From assembly GCA_964016885.1 (NCBI GenBank), contig OZ024748.1, positions 48,298,001 through 48,362,000 of the forward strand: 64,000 nt of DNA. Direction: 5' to 3'. The position numbers and the translations under genes are program-made. Origin of the DNA: Eledone cirrhosa. Taxonomy: Eukaryota. Below, one piece after another: positions 13,001 through 29,144 of the stretch. The notes under the pieces are model-generated. The model had not been told where the DNA came from. It was given only the letters and a program-made list of their open reading frames with translations, and searched no databases. Position 1 is the first letter of the stretch; each line of letters opens with the position of its first letter.

Positions 13001-16000
13001 ATGATGACAATGATGCTGTGATGGTGATGATGATGATGTGATAGAGATGATGACAATGATGTTGGTGATGGTGGTGATGATGATGTGATAGAGATGATGA
13101 CAATGATGTTGGTGATGGTGGTGATGATGATGTGATAGAGATGATGACAATGATGTTGGTGATGGTGGTGATGATGATGTGATAGAGATGATGACAATGA
13201 TGCTGTGATGGTGATGATGATGATGTGATAGAGATGATGACAATGATGTTGGTGATGGTGGTGATGATGATGTGATAGAGATGATGACAATGATGCTGTG
13301 ATGGTGATGATGATGATGTGATAGAGATGATGACAATGATGTTGGTGATGGTGATGATGATGATGTGATAGAGATGATGACAATGATGTTGATGGTGGTG
13401 GTGATGATGATGTGATAGAGATGATGACAATGATGCTGTGATGGTGGTGATGATGATGTGATAGAGATGATGACAATGATGCTGTGATGGTGATGATGAT
13501 GATGTGATAGAGATGATGACAATGATGCTGTGATGGTGATGATGTGATAGAGATGATGACAATGATGTTGGTGATGGTGATGATGATGATGTGATAGAGA
13601 TGATGACAATGATGCTGTGATGGTGGTGGTGATGATGTGATAGAGATGATGACAATGATGTTGGTGATGGTGATGATGATGATGTGATAGAGATGATGAC
13701 AATGATGTTGGTGATGGTGGTGATGATGATGTGATAGAGATGATGACAATGATGCTGTGATGGTGATGATGATGATGTGATAGAGATGATGACAATGATG
13801 TTGGTGATGGTGATGATGATGATGTGATAGAGATGATGACAATGATGTTGATGGTGGTGGTGATGATGATGTGATAGAGATGATGACAATGATGCTGTGA
13901 TGGTGGTGATGATGATGTGATAGAGATGATGACAATGATGCTGTGATGGTGATGATGATGATGTGATAGAGATGATGACAATGATGTTGGTGATGGTGAT
14001 GATGATGATGTGATAGAGATGATGACAATGATGCTGTGATGGTGATGATGATGATGTGATAGAGATGATGACAATGATGTTGGTGATGGTGGTGATGATG
14101 ATGTGATAGAGATGATGACAATGATGCTGTGATGGTGATGATGATGATGTGATAGAGATGATGACAATGATGTTGGTGATGGTGATGATGATGATGTGAT
14201 AGAGATGATGACAATGATGCTGTGATGGTGATGATGATGATGTGATAGAGATGATGACAATGATGTTGGTGATGGTGATGATGATGATGTGATAGAGATG
14301 ATGACAATGATGCTGTGATGGTGATGATGATGATGTGATAGAGATGATGACAATGATGTTGGTGATGGTGATGATGATGATGTGATAGAGATGATGACAA
14401 TGATGTTGGTGATGGTGATGATGATGATGTGATAGAGATGATGACAATGATGTTGGTGATGGTGGTGATGATGATGTGATAGAGATGATGACAATGATGT
14501 TGGTGATGGTGATGATGATGATGTGATAGAGATGATGACAATGATGTTGGTGATGATGGTGATGATGATGTGATAGAGATGATGACAATGATGCTGTGAT
14601 GGTGATGATGATGATGTGATAGAGATGATGACAATGATGTTGGTGATGGTGATGATGATGATGTGATAGAGATGATGACAATGATGCTGTGATGGTGGTG
14701 GTGATGATGTGATAGAGATGATGACAATGATGTTGGTGATGGTGATGATGATGATGTGATAGAGATGATGACAATGATGCTGTGATGGTGGTGATGATGA
14801 TGTGATAGAGATGATGACAATGATGTTAGTGATGGTGGTGATGATGATGTGATAGAGATGATGACAATGATGTTGGTGATGGTGATGATGATGATGTGAT
14901 AGAGATGATGACAATGATGCTGTGATGGTGGTGATGATGATGTGATAGAGATGATGACAATGATGTTGGTGATGGTGGTGATGATGATGTGATAGAGATG
15001 ATGACAATGATGTTGGTGATGGTGATGATGATGATGTGATAGAGATGATGACAATGATGTTGGTGATGGTGGTGATGATGATGATGTGATAGAGATGATG
15101 ACAATGATGTTAGTGATGGTGGTGATGATGATGACAATGATGTTGGTGATGGTGATGATGATGATGTGATAGAGATGATGACAATGATGTTGGTGATGGT
15201 GGTGATGATGATGACAATGATGTTGGTGATGGTGATGATGATGATGTGATAGAGATGATGACAATGATGTTAGTGATGGTGGTGATGATGATGACAATGA
15301 TGTTGGTGATGGTGATGATGATGATGTGATAGAGATGATGACAATGATGTTGGTGATGGTGGTGATGATGATGACAATGATGTTGGTGATGGTGGTGATG
15401 ATGATGACAATGATGTTGGTGATGGTGATGATGATGATGTGATAGAGATGATGACAATGATGTTGGTGATGGTGGTGATGATGATGACAATGATGTTGGT
15501 GATGGTGATGATGATGATGTGATAGAGATGATGACAATGATGTTGGTGATGGTGGTGATGATGATGACAATGATGTTGGTGATGGTGATGATGATGATGT
15601 GATAGAGATGATGACAATGATGTTGGTGATGGTGGTGATGATGATGTGATAGAGATGATGACAATGATGTTGGTGATGGTGGTGATGATGATGACAATGA
15701 TGTTGGTGATGGTGATGATGATGATGTGATAGAGATGATGACAATGATGTTGGTGATGGTGGTGATGATGATGTGATAGAGATGATGACAATGATGCTGG
15801 TGATGGTGATGATGATGATGTGATAGAGATGATGACAATGATGTTGGTGATGGTGATGATGATGATGTGATAGAGATGATGACAATGATGCTGTGATGGT
15901 GATGATGATGTGATAGAGATGATGACAATGATGCTGTGATGGTGATGATGATGATGTGATAGAGATGATGACAATGATGCTGGTGATGGTGGTGATGATG

Positions 16001-19000
16001 ATGACAATGATGTTGGTGATGGTGATGATGATGATGTGATAGAGATGATGACAATGATGTTGGTGATGGTGGTGATGATGATGTGATAGAGATGATGACA
16101 ATGATGTTGGTGATGGTGGTGATGATGATGTGATAGAGATGATGACAATGATGCTAGTGATGATGGTGATGGTGATGTGATAGAGATGATGACAATGATG
16201 TTGGTGATGGTGATGATGATGATGTGATAGAGATGATGACAATGATGCTGTGATGGTGATGATGATGATGTGATAGAGATGATGACAATGATGCTTGTGA
16301 TGGTGATGATGATGATGTGATAGAGATGATGACAATGATGCTTGTGATGGTGGTGATGATGATGTGATAGAGATGATGACAATGATGTTGGTGATGGTGG
16401 TGATGATGATGTGATAGAGATGATGACAATGATGTTGGTGATGGTGGTGATGATGTGATAGAGATGATGACAATGATGTTGGTGATGGTGATGATGATGA
16501 TGTGATAGAGATGATGACAATGATGCTGTGATGGTGATGATGATGATGTGATAGAGATGATGACAATGATGCTGTGATGGTGGTGATGATGATGTGATAG
16601 AGATGATGACAATGATGCTTGTGATGGTGGTGATGATGATGTGATAGAGATGATGACAATGATGTTGGTGATGGTGATGATGATGATGTGATAGAGATGA
16701 TGACAATGATGTTGGTGATGGTGATGATGATGATGTGATAGAGATGATGACAATGATGTTGGTGATGGTGATGATGATGATGTGATAGAGATGATGACAA
16801 TGATGTTGGTGATGGTGGTGATGATGATGTGATAGAGATGATGACAATGATGCTGTGATGGTGATGATGATGATGTGATAGAGATGATGACAATGATGTT
16901 GGTGATGATGGTGATGATGATGTGATAGAGATGATGACAATGATGTTGGTGATGGTGGTGATGGTGATGTGATAGAGATGATGACAATGATGTTGGTGAT
17001 GATGATGATGATGTGATAGAGATGATGACAATGATGTTGGTGATGGTGGTGATGATGATGTGATAGAGATGATGACAATGATGTTGGTGATGGTGGTGAT
17101 GATGATGTGATAGAGATGATGACAATGATGTTGGTGATGGTGATGATGATGATGTGATAGAGATGATGACAATGATGTTGGTGATGGTGATGATGATGAT
17201 GTGATAGAGATGATGACAATGATGTTGGTGATGGTGATGATGATGATGTGATAGAGATGATGACAATGATGTTGGTGATGGTGGTGATGATGATGTGATA
17301 GAGATGATGACAATGATGCTGTGATGGTGATGATGATGATGTGATAGAGATGATGACAATGATGTTGGTGATGATGGTGATGATGATGTGATAGAGATGA
17401 TGACAATGATGTTGGTGATGGTGGTGATGGTGATGTGATAGAGATGATGACAATGATGTTGGTGATGATGATGATGATGTGATAGAGATGATGACAATGA
17501 TGTTGGTGATGGTGGTGATGATGATGTGATAGAGATGATGACAATGATGTTGGTGATGGTGGTGATGATGATGTGATAGAGATGATGACAATGATGCTGT
17601 GATGGTGATGATGATGTGATAGAGATGATGACAATGATGCTGTGATGGAGGTGATGATGATGTGATAGAGATGATGACAATGATGCTGTGATGGTGATGA
17701 TGATGATGTGATAGAGATGATGACAATGATGCTGTGATGGTGATGATGATGATGTGATAGAGATGATGACAATGATGCTGTGATGGTGATGATGATGATG
17801 TGATAGAGATGATGACAATGATGTTGGTGATGATGGTGATGATGATGTGATAGAGATGATGACAATGATGTTAGTGATGGTGGTGATGATGATGTGATAG
17901 AGATGATGACAATGATGTTGGTGATGGTGGTGATGATGTGATAGAGATGATGACAATGATGCTGTGATGGTGATGATGATGTGATAGAGATGATGACAAT
18001 GATGCTGTGATGGAGGTGATGATGATGATGATGTGATAGAGATGATGACAATGATGCTGTGATGGAGGTGATGATGATGTGATAGAGATGATGACAATGA
18101 TGCTGGTGATGGTGGTGATGATGATGTGATAGAGATGATGACAATGATGTTGGTGATGGTGGTGATGATGATGTGATAGAGATGATGACAATGATGCTGT
18201 GATGGTGATGATGATGATGTGATAGAGATGATGACAATGATGTTGGTGATGATGGTGATGATGATGTGATAGAGATGATGACAATGATGTTAGTGATGGT
18301 GGTGATGATGATGTGATAGAGATGATGACAATGATGTTGGTGATGGTGGTGATGATGATGTGATAGAGATGATGACAATGATGTTAGTGATGATGATGAT
18401 GATGATGTGATAGAGATGATGACAATGATGCTGGTGATGGTGGTGATGATGATGTGATAGAGATGATGACAATGATGCTGGTGATGGTGGTGATGATGAT
18501 GTGATAGAGATGATGACAATGATGTTAGTGATGGTGGTGATGATGATGTGATAGAGATGATGACAATGATGCTGTGATGGTGGTGATGATGATGTGATAG
18601 AGATGATGACAATGATGCTGGTGATGGTGGTGATGATGATGTGATAGAGATGATGACAATGATGCTGGTGATGGTGGTGATGATGATGTGATAGAGATGA
18701 TGACAATGATGTTAGTGATGGTGGTGATGATGATGTGATAGAGATGATGACAATGATGCTGTGATGGTGGTGATGATGATGTGATAGAGATGATGACAAT
18801 GATGTTGGTGATGGTGATGATGATGATGTGATAGAGATGATGACAATGATGTTGGTGATGGTGATGATGATGATGTGATAGAGATGATGACAATGATGTT
18901 GGTGATGATGATGATGATGTGATAGAGATGATGACAATGATGTTGGTGATGGTGGTGATGATGATGTGATAGAGATGATGACAATGATGTTGGTGATGGT

Positions 19001-22000
19001 GGTGATGATGATGTGATAGAGATGATGACAATGATGTTGGTGATGGTGATGATGATGATGTGATAGAGATGATGACAATGATGTTGGTGATGGTGGTGAT
19101 GATGATGTGATAGAGATGATGACAATGATGCTAGTGATGGTGATGATGATGATGTGATAGAGATGATGACAATGATGTTGGTGATGGTGATGATGATGAT
19201 GTGATAGAGATGATGACAATGATGCTAGTGATGGTGATGATGATGATGTGATAGAGATGATGACAATGATGTTGGTGATGGTGATGATGATGATGTGATA
19301 GAGATGATGACAATGATGTTGGTGATGATGATGATGATGTGATAGAGATGATGACAATGATGTTGGTGATGGTGGTGATGATGATGTGATAGAGATGATG
19401 ACAATGATGTTGGTGATGGTGGTGATGATGATGTGATAGAGATGATGACAATGATGTTGGTGATGATGATGATGTGATAGAGATGATGACAATGATGTTG
19501 GTGATGGTGGTGATGATGATGTGATAGAGATGATGACAATGATGTTGGTGATGGTGGTGATGATGATGTGATAGAGATGATGACAATGATGTTGGTGATG
19601 GTGATGATGATGATGTGATAGAGATGATGACAATGATGTTGGTGATGGTGGTGATGATGATGTGATAGAGATGATGACAATGATGCTGTGATGGTGATGA
19701 TGATGATGTGATAGAGATGATGACAATGATGTTAGTGATGGTGGTGATGATGATGTGATAGAGATGATGACAATGATGCTAGTGATGGTGATGATGATGA
19801 TGTGATAGAGATGATGACAATGATGTTGGTGATGGTGATGATGATGATGTGATAGAGATGATGACAATGATGTTGGTGATGATGATGATGATGTGATAGA
19901 GATGATGACAATGATGTTGGTGATGGTGATGATGATGATGTGATAGAGATGATGACAATGATGCTGTGATGGTGATGATGATGATGTGATAGAGATGATG
20001 ACAATGATGTTAGTGATGGTGGTGATGATGTGATAGAGATGATGACAATGATGTTAGTGATGGTGGTGATGATGATGTGATAGAGATGATGACAATGATG
20101 TTGGTGATGATGATGATGATGTGATAGAGATGATGACAATGATGCTGTGATGGTGATGATGATGATGTGATAGAGATGATGACAATGATGCTGTGATGGT
20201 GATGATGATGATGTGATAGAGATGATGACAATGATGTTGGTGATGGTGGTGATGATGTGATAGAGATGATGACAATGATGCTGTGATGGTGATGATGATG
20301 ATGTGATAGAGATGATGACAATGATGTTGGTGATGATGATGATGATGTGATAGAGATGATGACAATGATGCTGTGATGGTGATGATGATGATGTGATAGA
20401 GATGATGACAATGATGTTGGTGATGATGATGATGATGTGATAGAGATGATGACAATGATGTTAGTGATGGTGGTGATGATGATGTGATAGAGATGATGAC
20501 AATGATGTTTGTGATGATGATGATGATGTGATAGAGATGATGACAATGATGCTGTGATGGTGATGATGATGATGTGATAGAGATGATGACAATGATGTTG
20601 GTGATGGTGGTGATGATGATGTGATAGAGATGATGACAATGATGTTGGTGATGGTGGTGATGATGATGTGATAGAGATGATGACAATGATGTTGGTGATG
20701 ATGATGATGATGTGATAGAGATGATGACAATGATGCTGTGATGGTGATGATGATGATGTGATAGAGATGATGACAATGATGTTAGTGATGGTGGTGATGA
20801 TGATGTGATAGAGATGATGACAATGATGTTGGTGATGATGATGATGATGTGATAGAGATGATGACAATGATGCTGTGATGGTGATGATGATGATGTGATA
20901 GAGATGATGACAATGATGCTGTGATGGTGATGATGATGATGTGATAGAGATGATGACAATGATGTTGGTGATGGTGGTGATGATGTGATAGAGATGATGA
21001 CAATGATGCTGTGATGGTGATGATGATGATGTGATAGAGATGATGACAATGATGTTAGTGATGGTGGTGATGATGATGTAATAGAGATGATGACAATGAT
21101 GTTGGTGATGATGATGATGATGTGATAGAGATGATGACAATGATGCTGTGATGGTGGTGATGATGATGTGATAGAGATGATGACAATGATGTTAGTGATG
21201 GTGGTGATGATGATGTGATAGAGATGATGACAATGATGTTGGTGATGATGATGATGATGTGATAGAGATGATGACAATGATGTTAGTGATGGTGGTGATG
21301 ATGATGTGATAGAGATGATGACAATGATGTTGGTGATGGTGATGATGATGATGTGATAGAGATGATGACAATGATGTTGGTGATGGTGGTGATGATGATG
21401 TGATAGAGATGATGACAATGATGTTAGTGATGGTGATGATGATGATGTGATAGAGATGATGACAATGATGTTGATGGTGGTGATGATGATGATGTGATAG
21501 AGATGATGACAATGATGCTTGTGATGGTGATGATGATGATGTGATAGAGATGATGACAATGATGTTGGTGATGGAGGTGATGGTGATGTGATAGAGATGA
21601 TGACAATGATGCTGTGATGGTGATGATGATGATGTGATAGAGATGATGACAATGATGTTGGTGATGGTGATGATGATGATGTGATAGAGATGATGACAAT
21701 GATGTTGGTGATGGTGATGATGATGATGTGATAGAGATGATGACAATGATGTTGGTGATGGTGGTGATGATGATGTGATAGAGATGATGACAATGATGTT
21801 GGTGATGGTGATGATGATGATGTGATAGAGATGATGACAATGATGTTGGTGATGGTGATGATGATGATGTGATAGAGATGATGACAATGATGTTGGTGAT
21901 GGTGGTGATGATGATGTGATAGAGATGATGACAATGATGTTGGTGATGGTGATGATGATGATGTGATAGAGATGATGACAATGATGTTGGTGATGGTGGT

Positions 22001-25000
22001 GATGATGATGTGATAGAGATGATGACAATGATGTTGGTGATGGTGATGATGATGATGTGATAGAGATGATGACAATGATGCTGTGATGGTGGTGATGATG
22101 ATGTGATAGAGATGATGACAATGATGTTGGTGATGGTGATGATGATGATGTGATAGAGATGATGACAATGATGCTGTGATGGTGGTGATGATGATGTGAT
22201 AGAGATGATGACAATGATGTTGGTGATGGTGATGATGATGATGTGATAGAGATGATGACAATGATGCTGTGATGGTGGTGATGATGATGTGATAGAGATG
22301 ATGACAATGATGTTGGTGATGGTGGTGATGATGATGTGATAGAGATGATGACAATGATGCTGTGATGGTGATGATGATGATGTGATAGAGATGATGACAA
22401 TGATGTTGATGGTGGTGGTGATGATGATGTGATAGAGATGATGACAATGATGCTGTGATGGTGGTGATGATGATGTGATAGAGATGATGACAATGATGCT
22501 GTGATGGTGATGATGATGATGTGATAGAGATGATGACAATGATGTTGGTGATGATGGTGATGATGATGTGATAGAGATGATGACAATGATGTTGGTGATG
22601 GTGGTGATGATGATGTGATAGAGATGATGACAATGATGCTGTGATGGTGATGATGATGATGTGATAGAGATGATGACAATGATGTTGGTGATGATGGTGA
22701 TGATGATGTGATAGAGATGATGACAATGATGTTGGTGATGGTGGTGATGATGATGTGATAGAGATGATGACAATGATGCTGTGATGGTGATGATGTGATA
22801 GAGATGATGACAATGATGTTGATGATGATGGTGATGATGATGTGATAGAGATGATGACAATGATGCTGTGATGGTGATGATGATGATGTGATAGAGATGA
22901 TGACAATGATGTTGGTGATGATGGTGATGATGATGTGATAGAGATGATGACAATGATGCTGTGATGGTGATGATGTGATAGAGATGATGACAATGATGTT
23001 GATGATGATGGTGATGATGATGTGATAGAGATGATGACAATGATGCTGTGATGGTGATGATGATGATGTGATAGAGATGATGACAATGATGTTGGTGATG
23101 ATGGTGATGATGATGTGATAGAGATGATGACAATGATGTTGGTGATGGTGGTGATGATGATGTGATAGAGATGATGACAATGATGCTGTGATGGTGATGA
23201 TGATGATGTGATAGAGATGATGACAATGATGTTGGTGATGATGGTGATGATGATGTGATAGAGATGATGACAATGATGTTGGTGATGGTGATGATGATGA
23301 TGTGATAGAGATGATGACAATGATGCTGTGATGGTGATGATGATGATGTGATAGAGATGATGACAATGATGTTGGTGATGGTGATGATGATGATGTGATA
23401 GAGATGATGACAATGATGTTGGTGATGGTGATGATGATGATGTGATAGAGATGATGACAATGATGTTAGTGATGGTGGTGATGATGATGACAATGATGTT
23501 GGTGATGGTGATGATGATGATGTGATAGAGATGATGACAATGATGTTGGTGATGGTGGTGATGATGATGACAATGATGTTGGTGATGGTGATGATGATGT
23601 GATAGAGATGATGACAATGATGTTGGTGATGGTGGTGATGATGATGTGATAGAGATGATGACAATGATGTTGGTGATGGTGGTGATGATGATGTGATAGA
23701 GATGATGACAATGATGTTGGTGATGGTGATGATGATGATGTGATAGAGATGATGACAATGATGCTGGTGATGGTGATGATGATGATGTGATAGAGATGAT
23801 GACAATGATGTTGGTGATGGTGGTGATGATGTGATAGAGATGATGACAATGATGTTGGTGATGGTGATGATGATGATGTGATAGAGATGATGACAATGAT
23901 GTTGGTGATGGTGATGATGATGATGTGATAGAGATGATGACAATGATGTTGGTGATGGTGGTGATGATGATGTGATAGAGATGATGACAATGATGTTGGT
24001 GATGGTGATGATGATGATGTGATAGAGATGATGACAATGATGTTGATGGTGGTGGTGATGATGATGTGATAGAGATGATGACAATGATGCTGTGATGGTG
24101 ATGATGATGATGTGATAGAGATGATGACAATGATGTTGGTGATGGTGGTGATGATGATGTGATAGAGATGATGACAATGATGTTGGTGATGGTGATGATG
24201 ATGATGTGATAGAGATGATGACAATGATGTTGGTGATGGTGATGATGATGATGTGATAGAGATGATGACAATGATGTTGGTGATGGTGGTGATGATGATG
24301 TGATAGAGATGATGACAATGATGTTGGTGATGGTGATGATGATGATGTGATAGAGATGATGACAATGATGCTGTGATGGTGGTGATGATGATGTGATAGA
24401 GATGATGACAATGATGTTAGTGATGGTGGTGATGATGATGTGATAGAGATGATGACAATGATGTTGGTGATGGTGATGATGATGATGTGATAGAGATGAT
24501 GACAATGATGTTGGTGATGGTGGTGATGATGATGATGTGATAGAGATGATGACAATGATGTTAGTGATGGTGATGATGATGATGTGATAGAGATGATGAC
24601 AATGATGTTGGTGATGGTGGTGATGATGATGACAATGATGTTGGTGATGGTGATGATGATGATGTGATAGAGATGATGACAATGATGTTGGTGATGGTGA
24701 TGATGATGATGTGATAGAGATGATGACAATGATGTTAGTGATGGTGGTGATGATGATGACAATGATGTTGGTGATGGTGATGATGATGATGTGATAGAGA
24801 TGATGACAATGATGTTGGTGATGGTGGTGATGATGATGTGATAGAGATGATGACAATGATGTTGGTGATGGTGGTGATGATGATGTGATAGAGATGATGA
24901 CAATGATGCTGGTGATGGTGATGATGATGTGATAGAGATGATGACAATGATGCTTGTGATGGTGATGATGATGATGTGATAGAGATGATGACAATGATGT

Positions 25001-26168
25001 TGGTGATGGTGATGATGATGTGATAGAGATGATGACAATGATGCTTGTGATGGTGGTGATGATGATGTGATAGAGATGATGACAATGATGCTTGTGATGG
25101 TGATGATGATGATGTGATAGAGATGATGACAATGATGCTGGTGATGGTGATGATGATGTGATAGAGATGATGACAATGATGTTGGTGATGATGGTGATGA
25201 TGATGTGATAGAGATGATGACAATGATGTTGGTGATGGTGGTGATGATGTGATAGAGATGATGACAATGATGTTGGTGATGGTGATGATGATGATGTGAT
25301 AGAGATGATGACAATGATGTTGGTGATGGTGATGATGATGATGTGATAGAGATGATGACAATGATGTTGATGGTGGTGGTGATGATGATGTGATAGAGAT
25401 GATGACAATGATGCTGTGATGGTGATGATGATGATGTGATAGAGATGATGACAATGATGTTGGTGATGGTGATGATGATGATGTGATAGAGATGATGACA
25501 ATGATGCTGTGATGGTGATGATGATGATGTGATAGAGATGATGACAATGATGCTGTGATGGTGATGATGATGATGTGATAGAGATGATGACAATGATGTT
25601 GGTGATGATGGTGATGATGATGTGATAGAGATGATGACAATGATGTTGGTGATGGTGGTGATGATGTGATAGAGATGATGACAATGATGCTGTGATGGTG
25701 ATGATGATGTGATAGAGATGATGACAATGATGCTGGTGATGGTGGTGATGATGATGTGATAGAGATGATGACAATGATGTTGGTGATGGTGGTGATGATG
25801 ATGTGATAGAGATGATGACAATGATGTTGGTGATGGTGGTGATGATGATGATGATGTGATAGAGATGATGACAATGATGCTGTGATGGAGGTGATGATGA
25901 TGTGATAGAGATGATGACAATGATGCTGGTGATGGTGGTGATGATGATGTGATAGAGATGATGACAATGATGTTGGTGATGGTGGTGATGATGATGTGAT
26001 AGAGATGATGACAATGATGTTGGTGATGGTGGTGATGATGATGTGATAGAGATGATGACAATGATGTTGGTGATGGTGGTGATGATGATGTGATAGAGAT
26101 GATGACAATGATGTTGGTGATGGTGATGATGATGTGATAGAGATGATGACAATGATGCTGTGATGGAG
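10084..26168. repeat. ~16 kb satellite, ~47 bp unit GATGTGATAGAGATGATGACAATGATG(TTG/TTA/CTG/CTA/CT)GTGATGGTGATGATGAT
   Basis: Roughly 350 units estimated from length/unit size, with 43-50 bp variants and some 30-bp short units. Confidence 0.98.
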
Positions 26169-26291
26169 GGACACCATATAATCTGCCATTAATCCTCACT
26201 TGAATTAATATCTTTATATGAAAGATGTCATTAAAATGTGTTTTGAAAAAATTATAATGGATGTCCTCTCAATACAAAGTCAAATTAAAAG

Positions 26292-27200
26292 TGTGTGTGT
26301 TGTGTGTGTGTTGTGTGTGTGTTGTGTGTGTTGTGTGTCTTGGGTGCGTTTATGTGTGTGTGTTGTGTGTGTGTTGTGTGTCTTGGGTGTGTTTATGTGT
26401 GCGTGTTGTGTGTGTGTTGTGTGTCTTGGGTGTGTTTATGTGTGTGTGTTGTGTGTGCCTTGAGTGTGTTTATGTGTGTGTTGTGTGTGTGTTGTGTGTC
26501 TTGGGTGTGTTTATGTGTGCGTGTTGTGTGTGTGTTGTGTGTGTTGTGTGTGCCTTGAGTGTGTTTATGTGTGTGTTGTGTGTGTGTTGTGTGTCTTGGG
26601 TGTGTTTATGTGTGCGTGTTGTGTGTGTGTTGTGTGTCTTGGGTGTGTTTATGTGTGTGTGTTGTGTGTGTTGTGTGTGCCTTGAGTGTGTTTATGTGTG
26701 TGTTGTGTGTGTGTTGTGTGTCTTGGGTGTGTTTATGTGTGTGTGTTGTGTGTGTGTTGTGTGTCTTGGGTGTGTTTATGTGTGTGTGTTGTGTGTGTTG
26801 TGTGTGCCTTGAGTGTGTTTATGTGTGTGTTGTGTGTGTGTTGTGTGTCTTGGGTGTGTTTATGTGTGTGTGTTGTGTGTGTGTTGTGTGTCTTGGGTGT
26901 GTTTATGTGTGTGTGTTGTGTGTGTTGTGTGTGCCTTGAGTGTGTTTATGTGTGTGTTGTGTGTGTGTTGTGTGTCTTGGGTGTGTTTATGTATGTGTGT
27001 GTGTGTTGTGTGCGTGTTGTGTGTTGTGTGTGTTGTGTGTGTGTTGTGTCTGTGTCTGGGGTGTTTTTATAAGTGTGTTGTGTGAGTGTTGTGTGTCTTG
27101 GGTGTTTTTATGAGTGTGTGTGTGTTTTTGGTGTGTTTATGAGTGTGTGTGTGTGTGTGTTGTGTGTGTCTTGGGTGTTTTTATGAGTGTGTGTGTGTTA
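26292..27200. repeat. GT-rich minisatellite, ~42 bp monomers in a 127-bp higher-order repeat
   Basis: TCTTGGGTGTGTTTATG monomers, with a GCCTTGAGTGTGTTTATG variant recurring at 127-bp spacing (about 26552, 26679, 26806, 26933). Confidence 0.9.
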
Positions 27201-27585
27201 TAAGTTAAGTGCATGTGCTGTGCGCATGTGTGTGCCTGTCTTGTGTGTGTATCATTTAGGACTGTGTTGTGAGTGTATGTGTGTGAGTGTGTGTGTTTGT
27301 ATTTATGTCTGTATTGTGTGTATTTGTGTCTGCATTGCACGTGTGTGTGTGTGTGTGCATGTATTGTGTGGGTGTTGTGTATGTGTTAGTGTGTATATGT
27401 TTGTATTTGTGTGTGTACATGTGCATGTGTGGTGCATGTTTGTGTCATGTTTGTGTCATGTTTGTACATGTGCCTGTGTGGAGTATTTCTGAGTGCAATT
27501 GTTAGCCTTGAGTGTACATGTGTGTATTTGTGAGTGCATGTGTTTGAGCATGCATGTATATATATATATATTTACATACATACAT

Positions 27586-27856
27586 ACCCCCCACTGCAAG
27601 GTGGTCGTGGAGGTGCCACGGCAAAAAAGCACCCAGCCTACACTGTAAAGTGGACGTGTAGGCGCCACAAAAAAGCACTCACTGTAAATGAGGTTGGTGT
27701 TAGGAAGGGCATCCAGCTGTAGAAATCAAGCCAAATCAGTTCCTGTATGAGCAAGGTATGGTCAGCCGACTAGACACTGCCCACAACAGGACAACCCGTC
27801 TAACCCATGCTAGCGTGGAAGAACGGACGTAAAACGGTGATGATGATGATGATGAC
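27586..27856 (+). mobile_element. RTE-derived bipartite module (RTE 5'UTR-like motif plus RTE tail, (GAT)n)
   Basis: Near-identical to 48425-48708 and 48855-49136. Confidence 0.85.
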
Positions 27857-27973
27857 ATACATACATATGTATGTATGAGAGGGTGTATATTATAAATTCT
27901 CTTAAACAGGGGATATAAAAGTAATAATTCAATGACACAGCATTATAAAACTCAGAGACATAAATATGATACC

Positions 27974-28027
<54 letters not shown>

Positions 28028-28104
28028 CATACAGGTATATATATATATATACGTGTGTGTGTGTGTGTGTGTATGTATGTACAGGTATATATATATATAT
28101 ATAA

Positions 28105-28146
<42 letters not shown>

Positions 28147-28647
28147 ACATACAGGTATATATATATATATATATATATATTCTCCTTGTAGAGAATAGAA
28201 AATTATACACATCAAATTATATGTAGTTAAGAAATATTTATGCACCTGCTATAGGGAATAACAAATAAGGAAATAAATAATAATAATAATAATGATGATG
28301 ATAATAACGATAATAATAATGATGAGAAGAAGAAGACAAAGAAGTACAACAGCAACAACAACAACAACAAGCAAAAGGTAAATTACATTTTGCTTTTGTG
28401 CTTGTTTTTTTCCAATTATCTGTATTCGGAATTTTATATGTGTGTGTGTATGTTGTGTATATATATGTGCATATGTATGTATTGTATATATATATGTATG
28501 TATTGTATATATATAATATATATATATATATATATGTATTGTATATATATAATATATATATATATATATATGTATTGTATATATATAATATATATATATA
28601 TATATATGTATTGTATATATATAATATATATATATATATATGTATTG

Positions 28648-28710
<63 letters not shown>

Positions 28711-29097
28711 CTTTCTGGTTGTTATGCAAAGATTTCTTTCTCTTGAAATTATTATACATTTATAAAACAACTCATTAATTTCATCTTTAAAAAATAAATA
28801 AATAACAAATAATAATAACAACAGAACAACAGAAAAAACCTCTGGTGATTGAAAGTTTACACAGCTATATATGGTAATACATTCGTTTCTTTCTAATTAA
28901 CTTGCCCCAGATATCAATAAACATGAAAAGACTATAAATTAGATTTTTAATAGGATTTTTGTCAACCTGACAGTAGTTTATTATTAGATACAGGAGCTTT
29001 TCAGAATCTTCCTGGAGATTATCACTCACTGGAGGTTGGTTAAGCCAGTTCAACAATTAACATCCTAAATAAATACCTACACACTTCATTGAAGGGT

Positions 29098-29135
<38 letters not shown>

Positions 29136-29144
29136 ATATATATA

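Noticed and set aside
9793-26199. Very long His/Ser/Ile-rich ORFs (up to 2032 aa) on the minus strand
   Set aside because: They are translations of the 47-bp satellite, open in all three frames only because the CAT-rich strand rarely contains stop codons.
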